Below, piece by piece: positions 35,089 through 45,936 of a stretch of DNA of 64,000 nucleotides. The stretch's first letter is position 1; every line of letters begins with the position of its first letter. Source of the DNA: Blastocladiella emersonii ATCC 22665 (Eukaryota > Fungi > Blastocladiomycota); assembly GCA_025594325.1 (NCBI GenBank), contig JANHCV010000008.1, positions 1,550,001-1,614,000 of the forward strand. Direction: 5' to 3'. The notes under the pieces are model-generated. The model worked only from the letters and a program-made list of their open reading frames with translations. It did not search any database and had not been told where the DNA came from. Position numbers and translations under genes: made by a program.

Positions 35089-35942
35089 ATGAGCAGCACC
35101 ACCAGCGCCGCCGCCGCCGCCGCCGCCATGGACCGCATCGTGCTGCCCGAGTCGTACTACACGTGCGACACGAGCCATCTCATCCAGATGATTGGTGCGT
35201 CTCTGCCGCTCTCGCCACCGACGACCCACCACTAACTCGTTCCCCCAACTCAGCCGACATGCTCTGCACGCTCATGTCGCACAACGACCAGATCCCCGTG
35301 ACCCACACCAACCTGACGCGGTTCCACTCGCGCGCGGCCCCCGGCATCACCATCGCCGACTACCTGCGCCGCATCATCAAGTACGCGTCGGTCGAGCGCG
35401 CGTGCCTGCTCGCCATCCTCCTCTACATTGACCGCGTGTGCGAGCGCCACCGCTCCTTTACCATCTCGTCCCTGACCGTCCACCGCTTCATCATCGCCGC
35501 CGTCACCGTCTCGGCGAAAGCCATCTGCGACTCGTACTGCACCAACGCCCACTACGCCAAGGTTGGGGGGATCTCGACCCAGGAACTCAACACCCTCGAG
35601 CTCGAGTTCCTGTTCCTGATCGACTGGCAGGTCGCGTCGCCCGCGGCCGTGCTGCAGCAGTACTACGCCAACCTCGTCCGCCAGTACCCCGCCTACACCC
35701 GCAGCCTCACCCCCGCCGCCGCGCCGCCACCGGGGACCACCCCCGACACGTGCCCGCGCCGCGCTGCTGCCGCCGCGGTGGCTGCTGCCTCGGCTGCGAC
35801 TGCCGCCGCTGCGGCGGCATCCGCGGCGAGTGAACCCAACGCTGCCCCGTCGCCCGCGCCATCACCCGCACCACCATCCGCCGCCGCCGCCGCCTCCGAC
35901 TCGGTCGCGACGCGCCCGCCACTACCGCCACCAGCAGCAGTC

Positions 35943-35974
<32 letters not shown>

Positions 35975-36035
35975 AGTGGTGGATGCGGGAGTCGGGTCGC
36001 CACGAACACCGCTGCAGCAGCCGACGCCCGCGTGA
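35089..36035 (+). CDS. PHO80: PHO80/PCL-family cyclin, 1 intron (35195-35253)
   Basis: LTRFHSRAAPGITIADYLRRIIKY..YIDR..TVHRFII..AKVGGIS..ELNTLELEFLFLIDW; Ala/Pro-rich tail. Confidence 0.88.
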
Positions 36036-36292
36036 GCCGCGCGCACCCAGCGACTTCTTTGACTACCCCCACCCACCCCGATTCTCTCTCTCTCGTGTTG
36101 TTCCCATCATCTCATTACAGTGTTACATATTGTACCCTCCTTCTCGGTCTCGCGTGGTGGTAGTCGCGCGGCAACGCGTCAGGTCGGCGACGGGAAGGAA
36201 GGCGCGCGCGGTAAGCGACGCGTTCCGCTCATCAAAGCTGGCGCCGCTCACCGCTCTCTCTCTCTCCCCTAACGCCAACCGAATCACCAACC

Positions 36293-37077
36293 ATGAATCC
36301 AACCGCGACCGACTTGCCGCACACGACGCACCCGCACCCGGCGTCCCCGCTCAAGCAGGACCCGTCGCTCCCGCGCGCCGACTCGGGGACCACCCCGCCC
36401 CCGCCCCCGCCCCCGCCACCCACCGCTGACGCGCCGCCACACGCGCGGGAGCGCACCGCGACCGCCGAGTCTGCCTCGGGCCTCACGCGCCGCACGCCGT
36501 TCCCCACCGAGTCCCCCAAAGTTGACGCCGACAGTCTCGACGGGAGCTACGGCTCGACGGAGCCCAGCGACGACGACGACGCCGAGGTCGAGCCCGAGGA
36601 GCGCGAGGCCGCCGCGCTGCTCCGGTCCGGCGGGCCCGGCAAGCTGATGTCGGTGCGGCAGCGCGTCGCGCGCGTGGGCAAGGGCAAGCGGACGAAGCGC
36701 GCCGAGGGCGAGGATGCTGTGCCGAGTACGTTCCACGGGTTTGGGGAGGGGAGGGGAGAAGGGGGGACTGACGACCAAGTGTAGTCCCGTGGCGCGCGCT
36801 CGTCCTGACCGTGTTCCTGCTCGCGTTCGGCGCGCTCGCGACGTGGCATAGCGTCATGCTGTTTCTCGGGTACAGCTCGGCCAAGGTACGCGCTTCGCGG
36901 GAAGACGGTGTGGGCGAGGGCTGACATCCCGCCCAAAACTAGGACCCCGAGAAGTGGAAACCGCTCGCCGTGATGGGCTCGCTCGCGCTGATCCCGGGCA
37001 CCTACTACGGCGTGTATTTCGCGCTCGCTCTCGCGGGCGTGCCCGGGTGGGACTTGGCCGCGATCCCTGAGCTCTGA
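36293..37077 (+). CDS. TMEM230/DUF872-like two-TM protein, 2 introns (36726-36784, 36886-36942)
   Basis: The spliced product ends IPWRALVLTVFLLAFG..KPLAVMGSLALIPGTYY..ALAGVPGWDLAAIPEL. Confidence 0.75.
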
Positions 37078-37226
37078 ATATATCTCCCTGCGTGTGACGT
37101 CACAGCGACGCGTCTCGCGGGCCGCACGTGAGCCGGCCGGCCGATGTTCATCCCGTTCTCACCCGCTCCACAAGCAAGCGAGAGTGAGGTGCCACACTCT
37201 GTTCCCGCTCCCCGCAACGCAACGCT

Positions 37227-38996
37227 ATGAAGCAAATGAAGCTCGGCCTCGCGCCGCGCGCCGTTACCGCGCTGGGCCTCGCGCGCACCCTCGTCGTCGC
37301 GGCCGCCGCTGTCCCTGACGTCGCGACCTACTCGCCGCACGCCGCGAGCGGCGGCGGGCACGAGCCCGCGCTCTCGCGCGAGGCCTTCTGGCTGTACCTC
37401 GCGTCGATCCTGTTCCTCGTCCTCTTAGGGGGCTTGTTCGCGGGCCTGACGCTCGGCCTGCTGTCGCTCGACCTCATGTCGCTCGAGGTCCTCGAGCAGT
37501 CCGGGTCCGACCGCGAGCGCCACTACGCCCGCAAGATCAAGCCGATCCGCAAGCAGGGCCACTGGCTGCTCGTCACTTTACTCTTGTCGAATGTCGTCGT
37601 CAACGAGACCCTGCCCATCCTCACCGACAGCGTGTGGGCGGGCGGGTGGCCCGCCGTCGTCATCTCGTCGACGCTCATCGTGATCTTTGGGGAGGTGATC
37701 CCGCAGGCCGTCTGCTCGCGGTACGGGCTCGCGATCGGCGCCAACTGCGCGTGGTTCGTCCACGCCCTGATGCTGTGCATGTCGCCCATCGCGTGGCCCA
37801 TCGCAAAACTCCTCGACGCCGTCCTCGGCGAGACCGAGGGCAGCACGTACAAACGCGCTGAGCTCAAGGCGCTCGTCGCCCTGCACGAGTCGTCCGAGCA
37901 GCATTTCGGCCCGCTGTCCAACGACGAGGTCACCATCATCAAGGCGGTCCTCGACCTCCGCGACAAGACGGTCGCCTCCATCATGACCCCGCTCACGCAC
38001 GTCTACATGCTCAACTGGGACCAGGTCCTCGACCAGCACAAAATGGACGAGATCGCCGCCGCCGGCCACTCGCGCGTCCCCGTGTTTGCGGGCAACGACC
38101 CGCGCAACATTATTGGCATGCTGCTCGTCAAGAAACTCGTCACCTACGACCCGCACGACTGCCGCAAGGTGAAAGACTTTCTGCACGCCATCATGTCCGT
38201 CCCCGCCATCGACCCCGCCGCGGCCTGCTTCGATATCCTGAACCTGTTCCAGGAGGGCCGCTCGCACCTCGCCGTCATCGTCGACGACGACCCGCGGCTC
38301 ATCCAGGCCGCGAGTTTCGCCACCGTCGACCCGTACACCCGCCCCGTCCTCAACGTGCTCGGGATCATCACCCTCGAGGACGTCATTGAGGAGCTGATTG
38401 GGGAGGAGATCATTGACGAGACCGATATCTACGTCGACGTCCAGCGCCAGGACCTCGTCCGCCGCTTCAAGTCGCCCCGCGTTGGTCCCTCGGCGACGCC
38501 CCGCCTCGGACCCTCGCCCGCGTCCGTCATGCCCGGAAACCCGCCGCGTGGTGGGAGCCCCGCCGCGGCCCTGCGTCGGTCCCTCTCCACCATGTCCGCC
38601 CACGCCGAAACCTCGCCGCTGATCCACCCCGCCGCGGCCGCGGCCGCGGCCGCCGCCAACGGTGGCGCGCCCGTGAACCAGCGCCACGCGAGCTACGGCG
38701 GCGTCCCGCTATCTTCGTCCCCCGCCGCGAGCTCGACGGCCGCGCTCGGGTCCGCCGCCGCGCTCGGGTCCGCGCCGAGTCTGCACCCTGACGCGGCCGC
38801 CGGTGGGCCAGTGTACCAGGTCCGCCGCGGCCGCTCTGGGTCGACGACGCCGCTTCTCGGGCCCGGGGTCCCGCACGGGCAGCCAAACCCGCACCATCAC
38901 CATCATCATCGGAAGACGGGCGGCGGCGGCGGCGCGGATGGGTCGCCCGCGGCGGGGGCGGGGGCGGGGGCGGGGGCGGGGAAGCGGCGCGGGTGA
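37227..38996 (+). CDS. MAM3: CNNM/DUF21-CBS pair metal transport protein
   Basis: LGGLFAGLTLGLLSLD, HWLLVTLLLSNV..NETLPI, FGEVIPQAVCSRYGLAIGA, IMTP, GHSRVPV, FQEGRSHLAV, GIITLEDVIEELIGEEIIDETD. Confidence 0.93.
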   Translation: MKQMKLGLAPRAVTALGLARTLVVAAAAVPDVATYSPHAASGGGHEPALSREAFWLYLASILFLVLLGGLFAGLTLGLLSLDLMSLEVLEQSGSDRERHYARKIKPIRKQGHWLLVTLLLSNVVVNETLPILTDSVWAGGWPAVVISSTLIVIFGEVIPQAVCSRYGLAIGANCAWFVHALMLCMSPIAWPIAKLLDAVLGETEGSTYKRAELKALVALHESSEQHFGPLSNDEVTIIKAVLDLRDKTVASIMTPLTHVYMLNWDQVLDQHKMDEIAAAGHSRVPVFAGNDPRNIIGMLLVKKLVTYDPHDCRKVKDFLHAIMSVPAIDPAAACFDILNLFQEGRSHLAVIVDDDPRLIQAASFATVDPYTRPVLNVLGIITLEDVIEELIGEEIIDETDIYVDVQRQDLVRRFKSPRVGPSATPRLGPSPASVMPGNPPRGGSPAAALRRSLSTMSAHAETSPLIHPAAAAAAAAANGGAPVNQRHASYGGVPLSSSPAASSTAALGSAAALGSAPSLHPDAAAGGPVYQVRRGRSGSTTPLLGPGVPHGQPNPHHHHHHRKTGGGGGADGSPAAGAGAGAGAGKRRG

Positions 38997-40261
38997 GTAG
39001 CGGAGGTGGTGCCCGCGGAGAGAGACTTGCACGAGTAGGATGCGAATGGATGCGTAGCAGCTTGTATTAAGACCTGGCTGGTGTGCGTTGGGAGGGGGGG
39101 GGAACCGTGATGGTGTGCGCGTGCGCGTCGGCGGTGCTGAGCGAGGGAGACACGACCGCGGTCCCCGCCCGCGTCCGAGCAGTCCTCCCGCCGCCGCGGA
39201 CTCCGTGATTGCCGTCCTCGCTGGGTCGCCGCACACCGGGCACAGGCACGGGCACCGCGGCGGATGGCGGATGCCGATCCAGCGACGTCGCGGTCGACGC
39301 GCCTGCATCGCGTGCTTCACGTCCAGCGGCGACGAAAGCAGCAGCGAAACCACGCGGGAGCGGACGCCGCGAGCGCGAACACGTCGTCCTGGCCGCTACG
39401 AGCGGAGCTGCGCGCGGGCCGCCAACCCCGAGCGCGGCGGCGTGCGAGACCAGCGTGCCCGCTCTCATTCGCACAAGGTCGTATGTGAGTGTCAGGTCTG
39501 CGTCGCGTCGTGGCGCAGCAGCGCGGCGTTCGGCGGAGGGTGAGAAGGCAGCGACACGACGCGCGGGCGGACCAGGCGATACTCATACATACGCTTTCCG
39601 CGGAGCCCGTATGAACATCCCCGCGACTGCGCGGCGTGGGCCGTAGATTCGGCGTGGCGGCGGCCGATGCCCGTCGAGGTACTCAGCGCTTGGCCGCCGC
39701 GGCGGCGGGGACGCGGCGGTCGCAATCGGGCGACGTCCGCCCTCGCCTTGCGGAGCTAGCAACGGACGCGCAAGGAATCGGCGTCGCGGACGTGTCGCGG
39801 TGAGGGTCGTGTGTGGGCGGCCCTGGTGATCGAGTGCAAGGAGGAAGAAGGGGACCGCGGCGCGGCCGCGCGCGCTCGCGGACGGCCGAACGCGAGTGCG
39901 AGCGCGCCAAGAATCAACGTCGCGATGATGGGTGCGGGCTGCCACTAAGGGTGCCTGTCGAGCGGGAGAAGCGGCAGTTTAGCCCGCCCCGTCGCACACG
40001 CGCACACGCTGAGCGACGCGACGCGACCGTACCTCGGAGCGCGCGGCCACGCGTTCCCCGCGTCTAAGCGGTGCGGCGGCCATGGACCCCGCGAGATCGC
40101 CGTCGTCTCCTAGTTGTTGCAGCGCTTCTCGCTCAGCACGGGATGGCAGCAATGACGGCTTCTCGGTCGAAGCGGGTGAGCCGCGTCCTTGCCAAGACCG
40201 CGTCAGTGGGCGCTGCAGCATCGAACGTACTGCATCGGTGTTTGGAATTGGGACGTCGCTC

Positions 40262-42036
40262 TCATGCGACTGGGCCAGTTCCGTCGAGCGAGAGGAGGAA
40301 GCAAGTCAACCGCGGCCGCTTTCGCACGACGCGAGCGGTTCCATGAGAGAGCGGCTTCACGAAAGAGGGGAGGGACGTCACGAGAGAGCAGCCTGCGTCC
40401 ATCGACCAACGAGGCGGTGAAGTAGCGACGAGATCGGTGCAAGCAAGCGAGTGCGGGTACTTGGACAAGGACCGGATTTGAACAAGAAACTGATGGTCAT
40501 ACGCTGCATGCTGGAGAAGGCTTACGCCTAAAAATGTCGGATACACACGCAGCGGAAGGCTCGTGACGACGCGGAGGAAATCGATGCGGTCGAGTGCAAT
40601 CGAGGAGGAAAGATCAGTCCAAGTGCGGATGACTGAGCGCGACTGCTCCCAATTCGTAGTGAGCAGCGGTGAAGCGTGAATGAGCAAGTTGAGCAGGCCG
40701 CACGTGTCCATCAGGTTCCCCGTCTCGATCACGTTGAAGCGCAGGTGCCCCTGCATTTTCTTCAGAGGTTGTTGCACTTCAGGTTCCACAAGTGAAGGGC
40801 ACGAGGATTGCGCGCGGGAAACAAGCTTGTCCATGACCTTGATTGGATCTCCAGCAACAAAGACGATTCGGCATAAGAAGTCGGAACGTTTTCCAGCCCA
40901 CGAGCCCAGAATGAGCTCCGCACACCCAGGAAGAAAGTTCCCAACAAGCATCAAGAACAGGAGGAGTAGGGCTTCAACAGCATTGATGTTTTTCGCGGGA
41001 AGGATACGGCAAGAGTTCTGAGCGCCGAAGGTCTCAACAAGCGTCTCAACTTTCTTGAGAGCAGTGATGCCTGCAGACTACCAGCGACGTCGGAAGGGTC
41101 GACGTGAAAGACGTCAAGCGGCGAGGAAGCAAACGCTGCTGCGAACGACAATGAGCCGCTGGCACCAACGAGGAGCATGGTTGGATTGACACAAAGCTCG
41201 GCGCGTGCACCGGTCGACGTTGTCGCGCAGTCCGTAAAAAAGGCACCATCGGCCACGAGCGACTTCAGTTCCCGCTCAAGCTCGGCTAGTTTGAGGCCGC
41301 TCGGGAAGTGGTCACCGTGCGCGCTGCGCGACGTCTCAAGAAACTGGCATAAGGTAACTTGAACATGGTCATCGCCGGGGCGGACGCGAGCAAAGTACGA
41401 GTCGCGCTCGCGAGTAAGCTTTTCGGGTGACCAGTCGCACGCGAGCCAAGAGCTCCAGCAGTGTCGAACGGCACGTAGCGTGCTCTCGTCAAGCACACAA
41501 ACCTGGGCGGCCTCGTCGGTCCAAGTCGCATGCAGGCAGGCGCGCATCCGGGCGATCCAAAAGTCGCGGGCGGCGGGCTCGAGGAGAAGCGAGTACGTGA
41601 GCTGACCAATGTGGCGGGTGAGAGCTGGTGTCGCGGTGCCTTCGCACTCGCCGATCGCGTGCAGGACGAGCAAGTTGCGCGCAATCACCTCGGGTCGCGT
41701 GTCGCTGAGCCCAAACGAGAAGTTGGTGCGGCATTCCTTGCGCGTAGCATCGTTGAGCGTACGGGCCACGTCGCGCAAGTCGCCGCACTGGAAGACGAGT
41801 GCGTCAAGCCGCTTGAAGTCCTGCGGCACGTGGTACAAGAAGAGATCGCGAGGGTAGGATCGGCCGTAAGGGTAGTAAGGGTCGATCGTGTCGTCGAGAG
41901 CAAGCGTCGCGCAAGTCAGCGACGGCTCAGTCGCGGGAGCGATCGTCGGGTCGGCCACCTGGGCGCCGTCGAGCGAGGACTCGGCGGCCTCGGTCTTGAC
42001 GGCACGCTTGCGGGGACTCTTTTTCTTTTGCTTCAT
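40262..42036 (-). pseudogene. DUF4470-like protein, copy A (frameshift near 41060, 3' part lost or degraded)
   Basis: YYPYG..RDLF..LVFQCGDLRD..LSDTRPEVIARNLLVL is DUF4470-like. Homology to copy B (REYVQVLIDAFG vs KKVETLVETFG) switches frame near 41060. Confidence 0.65.
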
Positions 42037-42147
42037 GGGAGTCGGGCGTTGGCGGTGAAGCCGGGAGGGGAGATCGGGGCGCTGGCGAAGGAGGGGTGGC
42101 GTTGCGATCGTCGTCGTTTATTAGAGCGAAGCGTGATCACATGGGCT

Positions 42148-42174
42148 AGACGTGATATCCCGACGCGTCTCGCG
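42148..42174. promoter_or_regulatory. 27-bp block identical upstream of both DUF4470-like genes, containing an MCB-like ACGCGT
   Basis: AGACGTGATATCCCGACGCGTCTCGCG occurs at 42148-42174 and 45696-45722 while the flanks diverge. Confidence 0.6.
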
Positions 42175-42279
42175 TCCCACGCCCTCGAAGCCCAAACGCT
42201 CTCAACGAAGAGAGAGACAAGGGAAGGGATGTTAAAAAAAAAAAGACGTGTACTGAACATAACCCTGAAGCCGAAACAG

Positions 42280-45200
42280 CTCAGGCGAGCTCCACGATCC
42301 GCGCATCCGCCGCGCCCTTGGCGACCTCCTCGCTGACCTGAGGCGCGACGCCGCCCTCCCACATGAACGGGCAGCTGTAGCTCGGCATCGCTGGTGCACC
42401 AGCGCCGGCCGCCTGGTGCTGCGTGCCGTGGACCGCGTACAGCGGGAGGAGGAAGCACTACGTAGGTGCGGGCGCAGCTTCGCAAAGTAGCTGCGATCAA
42501 ACGCGCCGGCCTCGTCGCGCACCGTCGTGGCGGGCGCCGAGAGAATCCCGTACTAGGTGCACTCGAGAAAGCCGTGCAGGTAGGTGAGCGGGACCCAGAC
42601 GCTGATCGCGTGCGACGTGGGCGGCTCGTCGCTGCGGTACGCGCCGCTGACCTTCTTGAGGAACTGCTCGGCTGCCGCGTGCGGGCGCGGCGACATGAAA
42701 TACGCGTGGGCGAGCTTCGGGTGCGGGAGTTACGCGAGCTCGAGCACGGGCGTGTGGCCGCGCGAAATATTCGGCGACGGGATCACGGACACGCGGTTCA
42801 GGATGAGCACGGCAACGGGCATCGGCTCGGGACCCGTCTTGCGCCCGGTGCCGCGGTGCATGATCACCTCAATGACGCGCGCGCCGCGCGCGTGCACCAT
42901 GAAGATGTTCGAAATCATGTGGCGGTTGAAGCGCGCCTGGTCCTCGGCCGACGGCGAAAGGTCCATGCCGGATTGCGCCGCCTTGACGGCCTTTTCCTCC
43001 GACTTGGGAATGGTGCGAAGCAGCGAAGAGAGCGCTGGTCGGGATGCTGGTACGAGTCGGCAGGGTACGTGTTCGAGCGATCGGCGACGTGTGGGATCGG
43101 CGGGGAAAGCGGGGTGGTAAGCGATTTGTCGGACAGGCGGAGCTGCATGAAAGAATTGGGCGGCTGCGAAACAACCGCGAGTGCGCGTGAGAGCGCGAAC
43201 TTGATGGCACGGCGCGACGCCTCGTTCGAAATCGAGGCAAACTTGACGGGGCAGGGCAGACGAAGCAACTGTAGCTCATCGTTGATCGTAAAGGCAGCAG
43301 CGCCAGCCAGCTCACCGTAACGTCAGACTCAACCTCATTGATGAGCAGCCGCTGTTGCTGAATGCGCGGGCGAGAAAGTAAGAACTCGATTGCGTCGGCT
43401 GTCTCGATCGCGTGGACGACGGGAAGCAGCGTGTTCGAAGTGAGAGGCGCCGGCCAATCCGCGGGAACAAGGAACCGTGCGGCCGCGGCAACCGACGCGA
43501 CGCTCGCGGCGGCGTTGGTCAGCGAACCAACCGCGACCTTGGACAAGACGAGTTTGTCGATCGAGGAGCTCGCAGAGCGAAGCTTAGCCTTGAGACCGGT
43601 ACCATCGTCAAAGCGGAACCGATAGGTGAAGGTGCTTGGCGATCCCTCGACAATGTAGCGCGGCACGTACGCGCCGATGCACAGCCACGATCCAAGTTCG
43701 TCACCCCCGGTGTTCAAGGCAAGGCATCGGAAATCATGAACAACGGACCCAAGCGAGATTTCGAGCACCATGGCGGACAGCGGGCTCGTACGAGCCGCAC
43801 CAGCGATAGCCGTGTCTTCAAGCTGACCGACGACACTGTTGACAAACTGGTCGTTTTGCATCCCGCCGACACTGATCGGGAAGCCGTGCAGCATCGCCTG
43901 GGCAAAGATTTCGGCGGCGCAGGTCTTGAGCCACGAGCTCGAACGAATCGCGGACCAGAGCTCGCGCATGTCCGGCCACGGCGCAGAAGCGAGCTGCGCA
44001 GCGCCTGTCCAAGTCAAGCGGCCCGAGGCGAACGCGAAAGAGAGAAGCTTGGGCAGGAGAGCACCCGTCGCATGTGGACCAGCTACACTCGCGCGATGCT
44101 GAGTTAGTTCATCGCCCACAAAGATGAAACTGAGTGCAAAACGTACCAGGCTTGCAAGCGAAATCAGCTGCGTCAGGGCCGCACAGCTCTTCGGCACACT
44201 GCACAAGCGCGTTGAGAAGGAAAGTCGATTCGCGAAGCGCGACAGGGACCGTCGGTGCAGGCAGGCCACAGAAGGTAAACTCTTCGCGGCTCATGCTGGC
44301 GTCGCTGCGAACCTGGTTCTCGCTCCACGCAATGCGCGTCACGTACGTCGACCAGTGGTCGGGCGGCGCGCGGTCAAGCAGGTTCACGCCAAGCAGGGTC
44401 GGGAACAGCTCAAGACACGTGGCCATCATCGTGCCAGTCTCGACCACATTGAAGCGGAACAAGCGCTGGTGGGCCCCCGATTCGGGTAGAGTTGCAAGGT
44501 TGGGTCGCTCGTGCGAAGTAAGCTTCTCCATAACCTTGAGGGGATGGCCCGAAATAAACGCGACCTGGCACGAAAATTGCGGAACATCCGGGTTCGCAAT
44601 CTCAAGGAAGCCGGGTGCAACGAAGGCCGAGGCGGGAGGCTGGTCGTCACGGCGACCAAACGCGTCAATTAGGACTTGGACGTACTCTCGCGCCGCGCGA
44701 AGTATGCTGCCGTGCATGTCCTTCTTGTCCACGCGAAGAACGTGGATCGGACTCATGCCGGGCACAGCCGAGAACGTGAGCGCGCCCTTTGGGCCTGCAA
44801 GGAGCATGGTCGGGTTGACGACCAAGTCGGCGCGCGAGCTGGCAGAGGAAGCACTCGCCGCCGTGTCGAACATGAACGAATCGTCGCCGAGAATCGACTT
44901 AAGTTTCGACATGATCGAGCTTTTACCTTTGGCCAGATTCCCAAGTTGCTTGATAAGCTTGTCGACGGCCGAAGTAGCGCCCCGCTCGGCATCAAGTCGC
45001 TCCGGCGTCCAGTCGCACGCGAGCCACGAGGTCCAGCAGTGGCGCACCGCGCAAAGCGTGTCGTCGTCGAGCACGCGAATCTTGGCGTCTTCGGTAGTCT
45101 AAGTCGCATCCAGGAAAGCGCGCATCTGAGTAAGCCAAAAGTCGCGAGTGGTGGGCTCGAGCAAGAACGAGTACGTGAGCTGGCCAACATGTCGTGTGAG

Positions 45201-45605
45201 GTCGTCGGCATTGGTCGCGTCGCTGCACCCGCCAATGGCATGTAGAACGAGAAGGTTGCGGGCAAGCACCTCGGCGTGCGTGTCGCTAAGGACGAAGCCA
45301 AGGTCCGCGGTGCCGTTCTTGCGTCCGGCATCGTCAAAGGTACGCGCAACGTCGCGCAAGTCGCCACACTGGAGGACGAGCGTATCGAGCCGCTTGAACA
45401 CGCGCGGGTTGTGGTAGAGGAAGAGGTCGCGCGCGAACGAGACGCCGTAGGGGAGGTACGGATCGTGGGACTCGTTGAGGGCAAGCGTCGCGCAGGTCAG
45501 CGGCGGGTCGGCCGCGAAGATGTCGTCGCCCACGGTCGCCGCCACGGGAGCTGCGGCTGCAGCTGCGGCAACACGTTTGCGGGCAGTCTTTTTCTTCTGC
45601 TTCAT
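42280..45605 (-). pseudogene. DUF4470-like protein, copy B (premature TAG at 45099-45101, frameshifts near 44200 and 42900)
   Basis: Starts MKQKKK like copy A. Copy A's LHATWTDEAAQ reads LDAT*TTEDAK here. Downstream ORFs are in different frames. Confidence 0.7.
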
Positions 45606-45729
45606 GGTATCGATGCGAGCGGCGGAGGAGGGAGGGCCCCGGACGGCCATGTCAGTGGGGCGCCAAACAATTCCCGATCTTCGGTCACGTGAGTGAGACG
45701 TGATATCCCGACGCGTCTCGCGCCGAACC

Positions 45730-45819
45730 GGGGGCGGCATCGAAGTGGGAGACCGCAAGCCCTACTAGGCTCGTGACCGCGGGTCAACGTGGCGCGTGAA
45801 AGCGACGCGTCGTCGCGCT
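45730..45819. repeat. left TIR
   Basis: GGGGGCGGCATCGAAGTGGGAGAC.. is the reverse complement of 50272-50361 (88/90). Confidence 0.92.
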
Positions 45820-45936
45820 CACCGCTCACCGCGAGCCGCCGCGACGCGCCACTCCCGCCGCTGCCGCCTGCATTCCCTTCTCCTCGCTGCCGACTCCATT
45901 TCCGAGAAACCAATGTCAAGTCGATGAAACTAAGCC

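Noticed and set aside
35760-35980. Poly-Ala/Pro trinucleotide tracts as regulatory repeats (also 36390-36425, 38950-38990)
   Set aside because: Ordinary low-complexity tails within housekeeping CDSs.
42300-42460. MYND zinc finger at the end of DUF4470 copy B
   Set aside because: A few Cys/His residues are scattered over different frames and cannot be assembled into the motif with confidence.
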